This document shows, piece by piece, positions 18,947 to 30,301 of a stretch of 64,000 nt of DNA (positions are counted from its first letter, which is position 1; each line of letters begins with the position of its first letter). The position numbers were made by a program, and so were the translations under genes. The DNA is from Anaeromyxobacteraceae bacterium (GTDB lineage Bacteria; Myxococcota; Myxococcia; Myxococcales; Anaeromyxobacteraceae): NCBI GenBank assembly GCA_047602405.1, contig JASGHJ010000001.1, positions 160,001 to 224,000 of the forward strand, in the 5' to 3' direction. The notes beneath the pieces were generated by a model, which was given only the letters and a program-made list of their open reading frames with translations, was not told the origin of the DNA and made no database searches.

Positions 18947-19837
18947 ATGGATCCGACCCTCGACCTCGCCCTCCTGCGCACGCTCGCCGCCGCCACCGAG
19001 GTGGGCGGGCTCATGCGCGCCGCCTCCGCGCTGGGGCTGTCCCGGCCGGCGATCAGCGTGCGGATGCGCCGCCTCGAGGACCAGGTCGGCGCGAAGCTCT
19101 TCCGGAAGGACGGCCGGCGCGCGGTGCTCACGCGCGAGGGCGAGGTGCTCCTCGGCTACGCCCGGCGCCTCCTCGCGCTCAACGACGAGGCCCTCGCGGC
19201 CTTCCGCCCCGGTGCGGCGCCGGGCGCGATCCGGGTCGGCGCGCCGCAGGACCTGGCGGCCCGGGCGCTGCCGCACGCCCTCCGCCGGTTCGATCGCGCG
19301 ACGCCCGGCGCCGTCGTCGAGGCCCGCGTCGACGGCAACGCCGCGCTCCGCGACGCGCTCGAGCACGGCCGCCTCGACCTCGCGCTCGTGTTCGGCACGC
19401 CGGCGAGCGGGTCCTCCGACGAGGTCGCGGAGCTCCCGATGACCTGGATCGGGAGCCCCGCGCTCGGCTGGAAGCCGCCGGCGCCGCTGCCGCTCGCGCT
19501 CCTCGAGTCGCCGTGCATCTTCCGCGCGGCGGCGCTCTCGGCGCTCGACGCGGCGGGGCTCCGCTGGCGCGTGGCGTTCCAGAGCGCGAGCCTCGCCGCG
19601 GTCTGGGCCGCCGCGCAGGCGGGGCTCGGCGTCACGGTCCGCACGCGGCTCGGCGTGCCCGCGGGCCTCCGCGCGGGCCTCGGCGGGAAGAAGCTGCCGG
19701 ACCTGCCCTCGGTGGGGCTCTGGTCGTGCACCGCCGCGGCGGAGCTCCCCGCCCCCGCCGCCCGGCTGCGCACGGAGCTCGAGGCCGCGGTCCGCGAAGA
19801 ACTTTCGTCTTCACGCGGAGTTCGCGTCCGCGTTTGA
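18947..19837 (+). CDS. LysR family transcriptional regulator
   Basis: N-terminal HTH (LDLALLRTL...AASALGLSRPAISVRMRRLE) and substrate-binding domain. Confidence 0.93.
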   Translation: MDPTLDLALLRTLAAATEVGGLMRAASALGLSRPAISVRMRRLEDQVGAKLFRKDGRRAVLTREGEVLLGYARRLLALNDEALAAFRPGAAPGAIRVGAPQDLAARALPHALRRFDRATPGAVVEARVDGNAALRDALEHGRLDLALVFGTPASGSSDEVAELPMTWIGSPALGWKPPAPLPLALLESPCIFRAAALSALDAAGLRWRVAFQSASLAAVWAAAQAGLGVTVRTRLGVPAGLRAGLGGKKLPDLPSVGLWSCTAAAELPAPAARLRTELEAAVREELSSSRGVRVRV

Positions 19838-19863
19838 CAGGCGACGCACGGTTCGTCTACAAC
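19834..19863 (+). promoter_or_regulatory. Sigma70-type promoter TTGACA-N18-TACAAC
   Basis: Perfect -35 at 19834-19839, -10-like at 19858-19863. Confidence 0.45.
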
Positions 19864-19978
19864 CCGCGCCCTCATGAGCCCGAACGCACTCTGCGCCAGG
19901 CACGAGCGGCACCCGACCTTCTGACCCGCGGCCCCCTCTGGCCGATGGCCAGGGGAGCGGCAGCCGCGTGGAGGAAGG

Positions 19979-20590
19979 TTGAAGACCACACCGAAGCTCC
20001 AGTGGATGCTGGACGAGCTCGCCCGCGGCCTCGAGCTCGACCGGTCCGACAAGGCCGCTGCCATGCAGGTGTACCGCTCGGTGCTCGTCGAGGCGGAGCG
20101 CCTGGGCGTCGACTCGGCGTACCTGCGCTGGGTGGTCGCCGTCACCCACGACGAGCTGGGAGCCCTCGAGATGGCCTGGGAGGAGCTGGAGAAGTCGATC
20201 GCGGCCGACCCGCTCTCGCTCCCGGCGAGGCGGTCGTTCGAGATCATCGCCGACCGCGTGCGCGCGGCGCTCCGCGCGCCGGAGCGCGCGGTCGACGACC
20301 CGTCGACGCCGCGCCTCTACGCCCTGCTGATCCGGGCGGGGGAGGCCGACCTCGGCGCGCACGTCGCGATGGCGCGCTTCGAGCTCGCCGCCGGGCGCGC
20401 CGCCGAGGCCCGCGGGCTCGCCGACGCCGTCGTGCGGCTCTTCCCGGCCTCCCGCGAGGCCTGGAGCCTGCTCGCCGACGTCGCGCGCGCGCAGGGCGAC
20501 GCGGTGACCGCCGCGTCCGCCGGGCTCGAGGCCGCCTCCGCCGGCGCGCTCGAGCCGATGTTCGGCGTGTTCGGGCAGGCGAAGGCCTGA
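19979..20590 (+). CDS. TPR-like helical hypothetical protein
   Basis: GGAGG RBS, TTG start, TPR-like helix pairs. Confidence 0.65.
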   Translation: MKTTPKLQWMLDELARGLELDRSDKAAAMQVYRSVLVEAERLGVDSAYLRWVVAVTHDELGALEMAWEELEKSIAADPLSLPARRSFEIIADRVRAALRAPERAVDDPSTPRLYALLIRAGEADLGAHVAMARFELAAGRAAEARGLADAVVRLFPASREAWSLLADVARAQGDAVTAASAGLEAASAGALEPMFGVFGQAKA

Positions 20591-20600
20591 CCCCCCGCTC

Positions 20601-20640
20601 ATCCTGAGCGTAGCCGCCGTGAGGCGGCGGAGTCGAAGGA
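20601..20640 (+). repeat. REP-like hairpin repeat, copy 2
   Basis: ATCCTGAGCGTAG-CCGCCGTGAGGCGGC-GGAGTCGAAGGA. Confidence 0.65.
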
Positions 20641-20674
20641 GCCGGTCCGGGGTGCGCCGTCACCCCGGACCGGC
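20641..20674. terminator. Perfect 14-bp stem-loop
   Basis: GCCGGTCCGGGGTG-N6-CACCCCGGACCGGC. Confidence 0.45.
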
Positions 20675-20696
20675 CGCTTCGTCGTAGGATCGGTCC

Positions 20697-21795
20697 ATGT
20701 CGACGAAGCGGAAGCCGCGCGTGGGCGTCATCGGCACGAGCTGGTGGGCGGACCTCGAGCACCTCCCGGGCCTGAGGGCCCGCGGCGACGTGGAGCTCGC
20801 GGCGCTGTGCGGGCGCGACCGGCGCCGCCTGGACGCGCTCGCCGACCGGTACGCCATCCCCGCGCGGCACACCGACTGGCGTCAGCTCGTCGACGGCGGC
20901 GGGCTCGACGTGGTCGTGCTCTCGACGCCGAACCACCTGCACCACCCGCAGGCCATGCTCGCGCTCGAGCGCGGGCTGCACGTCGTCTGCGAGAAGCCGC
21001 TCACGCTCGATTCTCGCGCAGGCGCGGGAGCTCGTGGCCCGCGCGCGCCAGGCCGATTGGCGCACGCTCACCTTCTTCTCCTACCGGACCGTCGGCGCCG
21101 CCGAGCACGTGAGGCGCCTCGTCGCCGAGGGCTGGCTCGGCCAGGTCCACCAGGTCACCGCACGCTACCTCACCGCCTCGCACCTGCAGCCCGGGAAGCC
21201 CGCCCAGTGGCGCATGAAGAAGGCCGAGGCCGGCACCGGCGTGCTCGGCGACCTCGGCTCGCACCTCGTCGATCTCGTGCGCTGGTGGCTCGGCGACTTC
21301 GCCCGGGTGGCGGCGCAGTGGCAGACGCTCACCCGCGAGCGCCGCGGCGAGGTGGTCGACGCCGACGAGTCCGTCTCCTTCCTCGCCGACCTCGCCTGCG
21401 GCGCGCAGGCGACCTTCCACGCCTCGAAGCTCGCGTCCGGGTACGGCAACTGGGTCAGCATCGAGCTGCACGGCTCCGCGGGGACGCTCGTCTTCGAGGC
21501 CGACACCGGCTTCACCATCGGCTGGGCCGGCCGGCTCCGCGGGGCGAAGGCCGACCGGGTCGGGCTCGAGGTCCTGCCGCTCCCGGCGGACCTCTCGCCC
21601 CGGCTCGAGGGTGCCGGCGACCGCGCCGGTCGCGACGAGGCCTACCGGCGGCTGACGGACCCGTTCTTCGCGTCGCTCGCGGGAGGGCCGCCCGCCACAC
21701 CGGACTTCTCCGACGGCGCCGCGGTCCAGGCGGTGCTGGACGCGGTCGCGGCGTCGGCGGAGTCGGGGCGGTGGGTGGACGTGGAGCGGGTGTAG
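20697..21795 (+). CDS. Gfo/Idh/MocA family oxidoreductase; +1 frameshift at ~21011
   Basis: RVGVIGT, STPNHLH, VVCEKPL, then GVLGDLGSHLVDL in the next frame; removing one T restores LTLDLAQAREL. Confidence 0.87.
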
Positions 21796-21839
21796 CAGTC
21801 GCCGCCCGCCGCACCCGACCCGCTCCGGCGGCGCTCAGG

Positions 21840-24110
<2,271 letters not shown>

Positions 24111-24127
24111 TCATGTTACAGACGCTG

Positions 24128-24146
24128 TGATAGTGCGTTGCTATCA
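24128..24146. promoter_or_regulatory. OxyR-like binding site upstream of katG
   Basis: TGATAG-N7-CTATCA containing ATAG-N7-CTAT, ~90 bp upstream of the katG start. Confidence 0.55.
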
Positions 24147-24324
24147 ACGGGGAGGGGCTCGTGGCCCCCCTTCCGCCGTGTCGGCCCGGCGGGCGCTCGC
24201 CCGCCTGCTCCGCGTGACACGACGCGTCTCGCGCCGGGCTCTGCCCGGGGTCGCCGCGCGCCCGCCCCGAACTGGCCGCCTCCCGTGACGGGCCGGTGAC
24301 CGGAGGGCCGCAGGTTGGCCGCAC

Positions 24325-25476
24325 ATGACCTCGGCCGCCCCCCGCGTCCACTTCCCCCGAGACGATGGCTTCCACGAGGACCTGAAGGCGCGCGCCGAGG
24401 CCTGGCTCGCACGGACAGGCAAGCGCGCGTCCGGCGACGCCTCGATGAAGGCGAAGACCGCGACGATCCTCCTCTGGCAGCTCGGCGCGTACGCGCTGCT
24501 CCTCGCGTTCGGCCCGGGCGCGCCATTCCTCTCGGCGGCGCTCGTGCTCTCGCTCGCGCTCTCCACGGTCGGCATCGGCTTCGCGATCATGCACGACGCC
24601 AACCACGGCTCGTGGTCGAGCCGGCGCGGCGTGAACCGCCTCGTCGGCCTCTCGCTCGACGCCGTCGGCGGCAGCTCCTACGTGTGGCGCCACAAGCACA
24701 ACGTCCGCCACCACACCTACGCGAACATCGAGGGGCTCGACGCCGACCTCGAGGCGGAGCCGTTCCTGCGCCTCGCGCCCGGCCAGCGCCGCCGCGCGTG
24801 GCACCGCCTCCAGCACCTCTACGCCTGGCCGATCTACGGCTTCCTCGCGCCGAAGTGGTGGCTCGTCGACGACGCGAAGGACCTCCTCACCGGCCGCATC
24901 GGCAAGGTCGCCTTCCCCCGCCCGCAGGCCGGCGAGCTCGCCCTCGCCGTGCTCGGGAAGGTCTTCTTCCTGACGTGGTCGCTCGCGGTGCCGCTCCTCG
25001 TCTTCCGGACGCCGTGGGTGATCGCCTACTGGTTCGGCGGCGCGATGGTCGCCGGCGTCGTGCTCGCGGTCGTGTTCCAGCTCGCGCACGTCGTGCCGGC
25101 CGCCGAGTTCCACGCGTCCGGCGCGCCGGGCCGGAAGATGCCGACCGGCTGGGCCGAGCACCAGGTCCGCACCACCGTCGACTTCGCGCCCGGGAGCCCG
25201 CTCCTGACCTGGTACCTCGGCGGCCTCAACTACCAGGTCGTGCACCACCTGTTGCCGACCTACTGCCACGTGCACTACCCGGCGCTCGCCGGCATCGTGG
25301 CGGAGACCTGCAGGGACCACGGCATCCCGTACCGGTCGGAGCCCACGCTCCTGGGCGCGCTGCGTGCGCACGGGCGGCTGCTCCGGGAGCTGGGGCGGCC
25401 CCTCGTCTCCGCGGCGGCCGCGCGGCCCCTGCCCTCGGGGCTGACGGACGTGGAGGGTGCGGTCGCCGGCCGCTGA
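24325..25476 (+). CDS. Membrane fatty acid (acyl-CoA) desaturase
   Basis: His boxes HDANH, HNVRHH, QVVHH. Confidence 0.9.
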   Translation: MTSAAPRVHFPRDDGFHEDLKARAEAWLARTGKRASGDASMKAKTATILLWQLGAYALLLAFGPGAPFLSAALVLSLALSTVGIGFAIMHDANHGSWSSRRGVNRLVGLSLDAVGGSSYVWRHKHNVRHHTYANIEGLDADLEAEPFLRLAPGQRRRAWHRLQHLYAWPIYGFLAPKWWLVDDAKDLLTGRIGKVAFPRPQAGELALAVLGKVFFLTWSLAVPLLVFRTPWVIAYWFGGAMVAGVVLAVVFQLAHVVPAAEFHASGAPGRKMPTGWAEHQVRTTVDFAPGSPLLTWYLGGLNYQVVHHLLPTYCHVHYPALAGIVAETCRDHGIPYRSEPTLLGALRAHGRLLRELGRPLVSAAAARPLPSGLTDVEGAVAGR

Positions 25477-25557
25477 CGCGCGGCGTCCTCACCGGGAGTG
25501 TCTCTCCTCGCCGGGCGCTCCGGCCGGGCCCTTTGCCCGTGGTACGCTCGTGGTCGC

Positions 25558-27382
25558 TTGCCCGAGCAGACCGGCTGGTTCGAGGAGCTGAAGGAGCGGC
25601 GCGTGTTCCGCGCCGTGGTGGGCTACGGCCTCGTGGCCTTCGCGGTGCTCCAGGTGGCCGAGCCCATCATGCACGGGCTCGGGCTGCCGGACTGGGTCCT
25701 CGGCGCCACCGTGGTCGCGCTCGGGCTCGGGTTCCCGATCACCCTCGTGCTCGCCTGGATCTTCGACGTCCGGGCCGGGCGGGTGGAGACGGCGGACCCC
25801 CGGCCGCGGACCCGCGCGCTCGTGCTCCTCGTCGCGGCGGGGCTCCTGCTCGGCGCGCCGGGCGTGGCCTGGTTCTTCTGGCGCGGGCACCGCGCGCCCG
25901 CCACGACGGCAGCCGCCGGGCCGGCGAGCGCGGAGGGCCCGCCGTCGGTCGCCGTGCTCGCCTTCGCCGACCTCAGCCCGGCGAGGGACCAGGAGTACTT
26001 CTCCGACGGCATCGCCGAGGAGATCCTCGACGCGCTCGCCCGGGTGAAGGGCCTCCGCGTCGCGGGGCGGACCTCGTCCTTCCAGTTCAAGGGCAAGAAC
26101 GAGGACCTCCGCACCATCGGCAAGGCGCTCGGCGTCGCGAACGTCCTCGAGGGCTCGGTGCGGCGCCAGGGGAACAAGGTCCGCATCACCGCCCAGCTCG
26201 TGAAGGCCGCGGACGGCTTCCACCTCTGGTCGAAGAGCTTCGACGGCGAGCTCACCGACGTCTTCGAGCTGCAGGAGCGGATCGCCCGGGCGGTGGCGGA
26301 GGAGCTCCGGGTCGTCCTGCAGGGCGGCGAGAAGGACCGCCTGGTCCCGGTCGCGACCTCGAACCCGGAGGCGTACGCGCTGTACCTGAAGGCCACCGCG
26401 ATCTTCAACCGGCGCGACGGCGCGCGGTTCGGGGAAGCCATCGCGCAGCTCCAGGAGGCGCTCAAGCTCGACCCGGCCTACGCACGCGCCGAGTCGCGGC
26501 TCGCCACGGTCTACGTGCTGATGTCGACCTACCGGCCGGACTCCGCGGAGGACTTCTTCGCCGAGACGGTGACGCACGCGAGGAAGGCGAGCGCCCTCGC
26601 GCCGGCGCTCGCCGAGCCCCACGCGGCCCTCGGGCTCGCCTACTCGAACCTCCGCCGTCACGCGGAGAGCCGCGCCGCGTTCGCGAAGGCGCTCGCGCTC
26701 GAATCCGGACGACCCGACGGCGAACTTCTGGGCGGGGGCGACGCTCACGAGGCAGGGTTACCTCGCCCGGGCCAACGCGCGCTTCGACCACGCGCTCGAG
26801 GTCGACCCCGCGTTCCCGAACGCGAACTACTGGCGGGGCGCGTGCACGTACGCCCTGGGCGACCCGGCCGCGGGCGAGCGCTACGTCGCGAAGGCGCAGG
26901 AGCTCGGGCTCGTGCACGCGGGCTTCGTCGGCGCGCAGTTCGCGGCGCAGCGGGGCCGGCTCGAGGAGGCGGCCGCCGTGATGGCGACCGCGCTCCGCCC
27001 GCAGCTCACCGACCTGCCCGCCGGGGCCGCGGAGGAGCTCGCGAGGGGGATCTTCGGCGACGCGGCGGCGCACGCCCGCGCGCTCGAGATCGTGAACGCC
27101 TACCTCGCGGGCAAGCCGCGCGTCGTGAACGGGAACGTGCCGTTCGTCCTCAACCTGCTCGGAGAGCCGCCGGAGCGGGCCCTCGAGCTCGCCGGCCGCG
27201 GGCTCACCTCGAACGACGCCACCTTCTTCGTGGGCCTGTGGCTGCCGCAGGGGCGCCGCCTCCGCACCGCCCCCGCCTTCTCCGCCTTCGCCCGGCGCCT
27301 CGGCCTCGTCGAGATCTGGGACCGCGAGGGCCCGCCCGACCTCTGCGAGCGGAAGGCGCCGGGCGAGTACGTCTGCCGGTGA
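25558..27382 (+). CDS. Membrane-anchored TolB-N-like/TPR protein; +1 frameshift at ~26702
   Basis: ELKERRVFR + TM helices, PSVAVLAFADLS..QEYFSDGIAEEILDAL, TPRs; removing one A restores ALDPDDPTANFW and joins ORF 26912..27382. Confidence 0.8.
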
Positions 27383-27390
27383 ACCGGGGC

Positions 27391-27432
27391 GTCCCTCGTC
27401 TCCGGGCCGCTTCGCGGCCCTGCGCTCGGGAC
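27391..27432 (-). repeat. REP-like hairpin repeat, copy 3 (inverted)
   Basis: Reverse complement GTCCCGAGCGCAG-GGCCGCGAAGCGGCCC-GGAGACGAGGGAC. Confidence 0.7.
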
Positions 27433-27451
27433 GAACGGATGCAGCGCAGGG

Positions 27452-28675
27452 TCACCGGCGTTCCTCGGCGTGCCTGCCGCGGTAGCGGCGCAGCGCCGGC
27501 GAGAGCACGGCCGTGAGCGCGGCCACCCCCACGCAGGCGAGCCCGCCCGCCGCGACCGAGACCCGCGCGCCGAACAGCTTCGCGACGGCGCCCGCCTCGA
27601 CCTCGCCGAGCTGCGGGCCGCCCATGAAGAAGATCATGTTGAGCGAGGTCATCCGACCGCGGAGCGCGTCGGGCGTCTCGAGCTGCCGGAGCGTCTGGCG
27701 GATGACGGTGCTCACCGTGTCGGCCGCCCCGGAGAGCGCGAGCGCCACGAGCGACAGCGCGAAGTTCCCGGACATCCCGAAGACCGCGATGGCCGCCCCG
27801 TAGCAGGCGACCGAGATCAGCACCGCCGGGCCCTGCGCCCGCGGCACCGAGCGCGTGGCGAGCACGACGCCGGCGAGCGCGGCCCCCGCCGGCTGCGCCG
27901 CGTACAGGAACCCGAGCCCGTGCGGCCCCACGGCGAGGAGCTCGTTCGCGAAGATGGGCATGAGCAGGAGCGCGCCCGCGAAGAAGGTCCCGAAGAAGTC
28001 GAGCAGCATGGTCGTGCGGATGATGGGCGTGCGCTTCAGGAAGAGGAGCCCCTCCTTCACCGCCTCGAGCCCCACGCCGCTCTTCGGCCGCGGCGCGTCG
28101 CGGTGGTGCATCGTGAGGAGCGCCGCGATGACCGCCCCGAACGACAGCACGTCGAGCACGTAGATCGGCAGCGGCCCCTGCCAGGCGAGGAGCGCGCCCG
28201 CGACCGCCGGGCCGATCACGTTCGCGAGCTGCCAGCCGGTGAAGCCGACCGAGAGGGCGCCGGGGAGGAGCTCGGCGGGCACGAGCGACGGGATGAGCGC
28301 CGCGCGCGCCGGGTTGTCGAAGGCGATCGCCGAGCCCGCGAGCGCGGCCATCGCGTAGAGGAGCGGCGCGGAGGTGAAGCCGAGCCAGGTCGCGAGGCCG
28401 AGCGTCGCCGAGACCGAGGCGAGCACGGTCTGGGTGACGAGCATGAGCTTCCGCCGGTCGGCGGCGTCGGCGACGACCCCGCCGCCGAGCGCGAACGCCA
28501 CGATCGGGACGACCCTGAAGAAGCCCAGGAGGCCGAGCGCGAGCGGCGAGCGGGTGACGAGGTACAGCTGCCAGACCACCGCCACCTGCTGCATCTGCGA
28601 GCCGGCGTTCGAGAGGAGCTGGCCGAGCGCGAGGTTCCGGAAGTCGCGGACGCGGAGCGCGGGCGGGAGCTGCAC
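27452..28675 (-). CDS. MFS transporter (EntS/DHA3-like)
   Basis: About 12 TM segments, GGVVADAADRRKLM motif A, TPDALRGRM. Confidence 0.88.
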   Translation of the reverse strand: MQLPPALRVRDFRNLALGQLLSNAGSQMQQVAVVWQLYLVTRSPLALGLLGFFRVVPIVAFALGGGVVADAADRRKLMLVTQTVLASVSATLGLATWLGFTSAPLLYAMAALAGSAIAFDNPARAALIPSLVPAELLPGALSVGFTGWQLANVIGPAVAGALLAWQGPLPIYVLDVLSFGAVIAALLTMHHRDAPRPKSGVGLEAVKEGLLFLKRTPIIRTTMLLDFFGTFFAGALLLMPIFANELLAVGPHGLGFLYAAQPAGAALAGVVLATRSVPRAQGPAVLISVACYGAAIAVFGMSGNFALSLVALALSGAADTVSTVIRQTLRQLETPDALRGRMTSLNMIFFMGGPQLGEVEAGAVAKLFGARVSVAAGGLACVGVAALTAVLSPALRRYRGRHAEERR

Positions 28676-28708
28676 GGCCCTCGTTCGACCACGCGCCCGG
28701 CCTCGCCG

Positions 28709-30211
28709 TCAACCGCGCGACCCGTCGAGCGCCGCCTCGAGCCGGTCCGCGATGGTGCGGAGCACCTTCACGCGCGCCCAGCGCTTGTCGTTCGCCTCGA
28801 CGAGCGTCCACGGCGCGACGGCGGTGCTCGTGCGGTCGACCATGTCGCGCACCGCCCGCTCGTAGTCGGACCACTTCTTGCGGTTCCGCCAGTCCTCCGG
28901 CGTGATCTTGAAGCGCTTGAAGCGGGTCTTCTCCCGGGCGCGGAAGCGCTTCAGCTGCTCCTCCGGCGAGATCTGCAGCCAGAACTTCACCACCACGGCG
29001 CCCGCCCGCGAGAGCTGCTCCTCGAAGCCGACGAGCTCGGCGTACGCCCGCATCCAGTCGGCCTCGCGGGCGAAGCCCTCCACCCGCTCGACGAGCACGC
29101 GCCCGTACCAGGTCCGGTCGAAGATCGCGACCCGGCCCTGCGGCGGCACGTGGCGCCAGAACCGCCAGAGGTACGGCTGCGCGCGCTCCTCCTCGGTGGG
29201 CGCGGCGATCGGGACGACCCGGTACAGCCGGGCGTCGAGCGCGCCGGTCACCCGGCGGATCGCCCCGCCCTTCCCGGCCGCGTCCGACCCCTCGAACGCG
29301 ACGACGAGCGAGTGGCGGCGGAAGGCCTTGCGCCGGCAGAGGAGCGCGAGCCGGCCCTGCTGCCGCTCGAGCTCGCGCTCGTAGGCGGCCTCGGGGAGCC
29401 GGAGCGAGAGGTCGAGCGCGCCGACGACGTCCTTCCCGTCGGCGGGCGGCGGGGCCGGCGGCGCCGCGGAGGCGATCGTCGCGCGGACGCCCTCCTTCTC
29501 CTGCGCCAGCCGGCGGCGCATCGCCTCGAGGAGGATCCGGCCGACGGTGAGCCCGCGGTAGCGGTCGTCCTCGCCGGCGACGACGTACCAGGGCGCGTGG
29601 CCGGAGCTCGTGCGCTGCAGCACGTGCTCGGAGACCTCGCGGTAGGCGTCGTAGCGCGCGTGGTTCTTCCAGTCCTCCGGCGTCACGCGCCAGCGCGTCG
29701 CGGGGTCCTTCTCGAGCCTCTTCAGGCGCTGCTTCTGCGCCTTCTTCGACAGGTGGAACCAGAACTTCACGACGAGCGCGCCCTCGCTCGCGAGCATCTG
29801 CTCGAACGCGTCGATCTCGTCGAGGGCCTGGTCGAGCGCGCCCCTCCTGAGGCGGCCCATCACCCGCTCCTGGATCGGGTACGTGTACCAGCTGCCGAAG
29901 AGCACGCCGACCTTCCCCTTCGGCGGCAGGGCCTGCCAGTACCGCCACATGAAGGGCCGCCGGCGGTCCTGCTCCACGGGATCGGCGAAGGCGTGGACGC
30001 GGACGTGCCGCGGGTCCATCCAGGAGTTGAGGAGGTTGACCGTCTCGCCCTTGCCGGCGCCGTCGACGCCGTTCACGAGCACGATCACCGGGAACGTCGC
30101 GAGCTGCCCGAGCTCGAACTGCACGTCGAGGAGGTCGGCCCTCAGGCGCGGCTCCTCGCGGCGCCACCGCGCCTTGTCGATGGCGTGGTCGAGCTCGGCG
30201 GACTCGAACAT
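28709..30211 (-). CDS. pap: Polyphosphate:AMP phosphotransferase (two-domain PPK2)
   Basis: MFESAEL start; two PPK2 domains with GVDGAGKG and EGSDAAGKGG, FDRTWYGRVLVERVEG. Confidence 0.9.
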   Translation of the reverse strand: MFESAELDHAIDKARWRREEPRLRADLLDVQFELGQLATFPVIVLVNGVDGAGKGETVNLLNSWMDPRHVRVHAFADPVEQDRRRPFMWRYWQALPPKGKVGVLFGSWYTYPIQERVMGRLRRGALDQALDEIDAFEQMLASEGALVVKFWFHLSKKAQKQRLKRLEKDPATRWRVTPEDWKNHARYDAYREVSEHVLQRTSSGHAPWYVVAGEDDRYRGLTVGRILLEAMRRRLAQEKEGVRATIASAAPPAPPPADGKDVVGALDLSLRLPEAAYERELERQQGRLALLCRRKAFRRHSLVVAFEGSDAAGKGGAIRRVTGALDARLYRVVPIAAPTEEERAQPYLWRFWRHVPPQGRVAIFDRTWYGRVLVERVEGFAREADWMRAYAELVGFEEQLSRAGAVVVKFWLQISPEEQLKRFRAREKTRFKRFKITPEDWRNRKKWSDYERAVRDMVDRTSTAVAPWTLVEANDKRWARVKVLRTIADRLEAALDGSRG

Positions 30212-30301
30212 GGCTTCCCTCCCGGACCGAGCACACGCCGGCGCGGACCGGAAGTCCACCCGGAACCGCGGGGCGTGATGCCGCAGGGCGTCGCCGGACG
30301 G

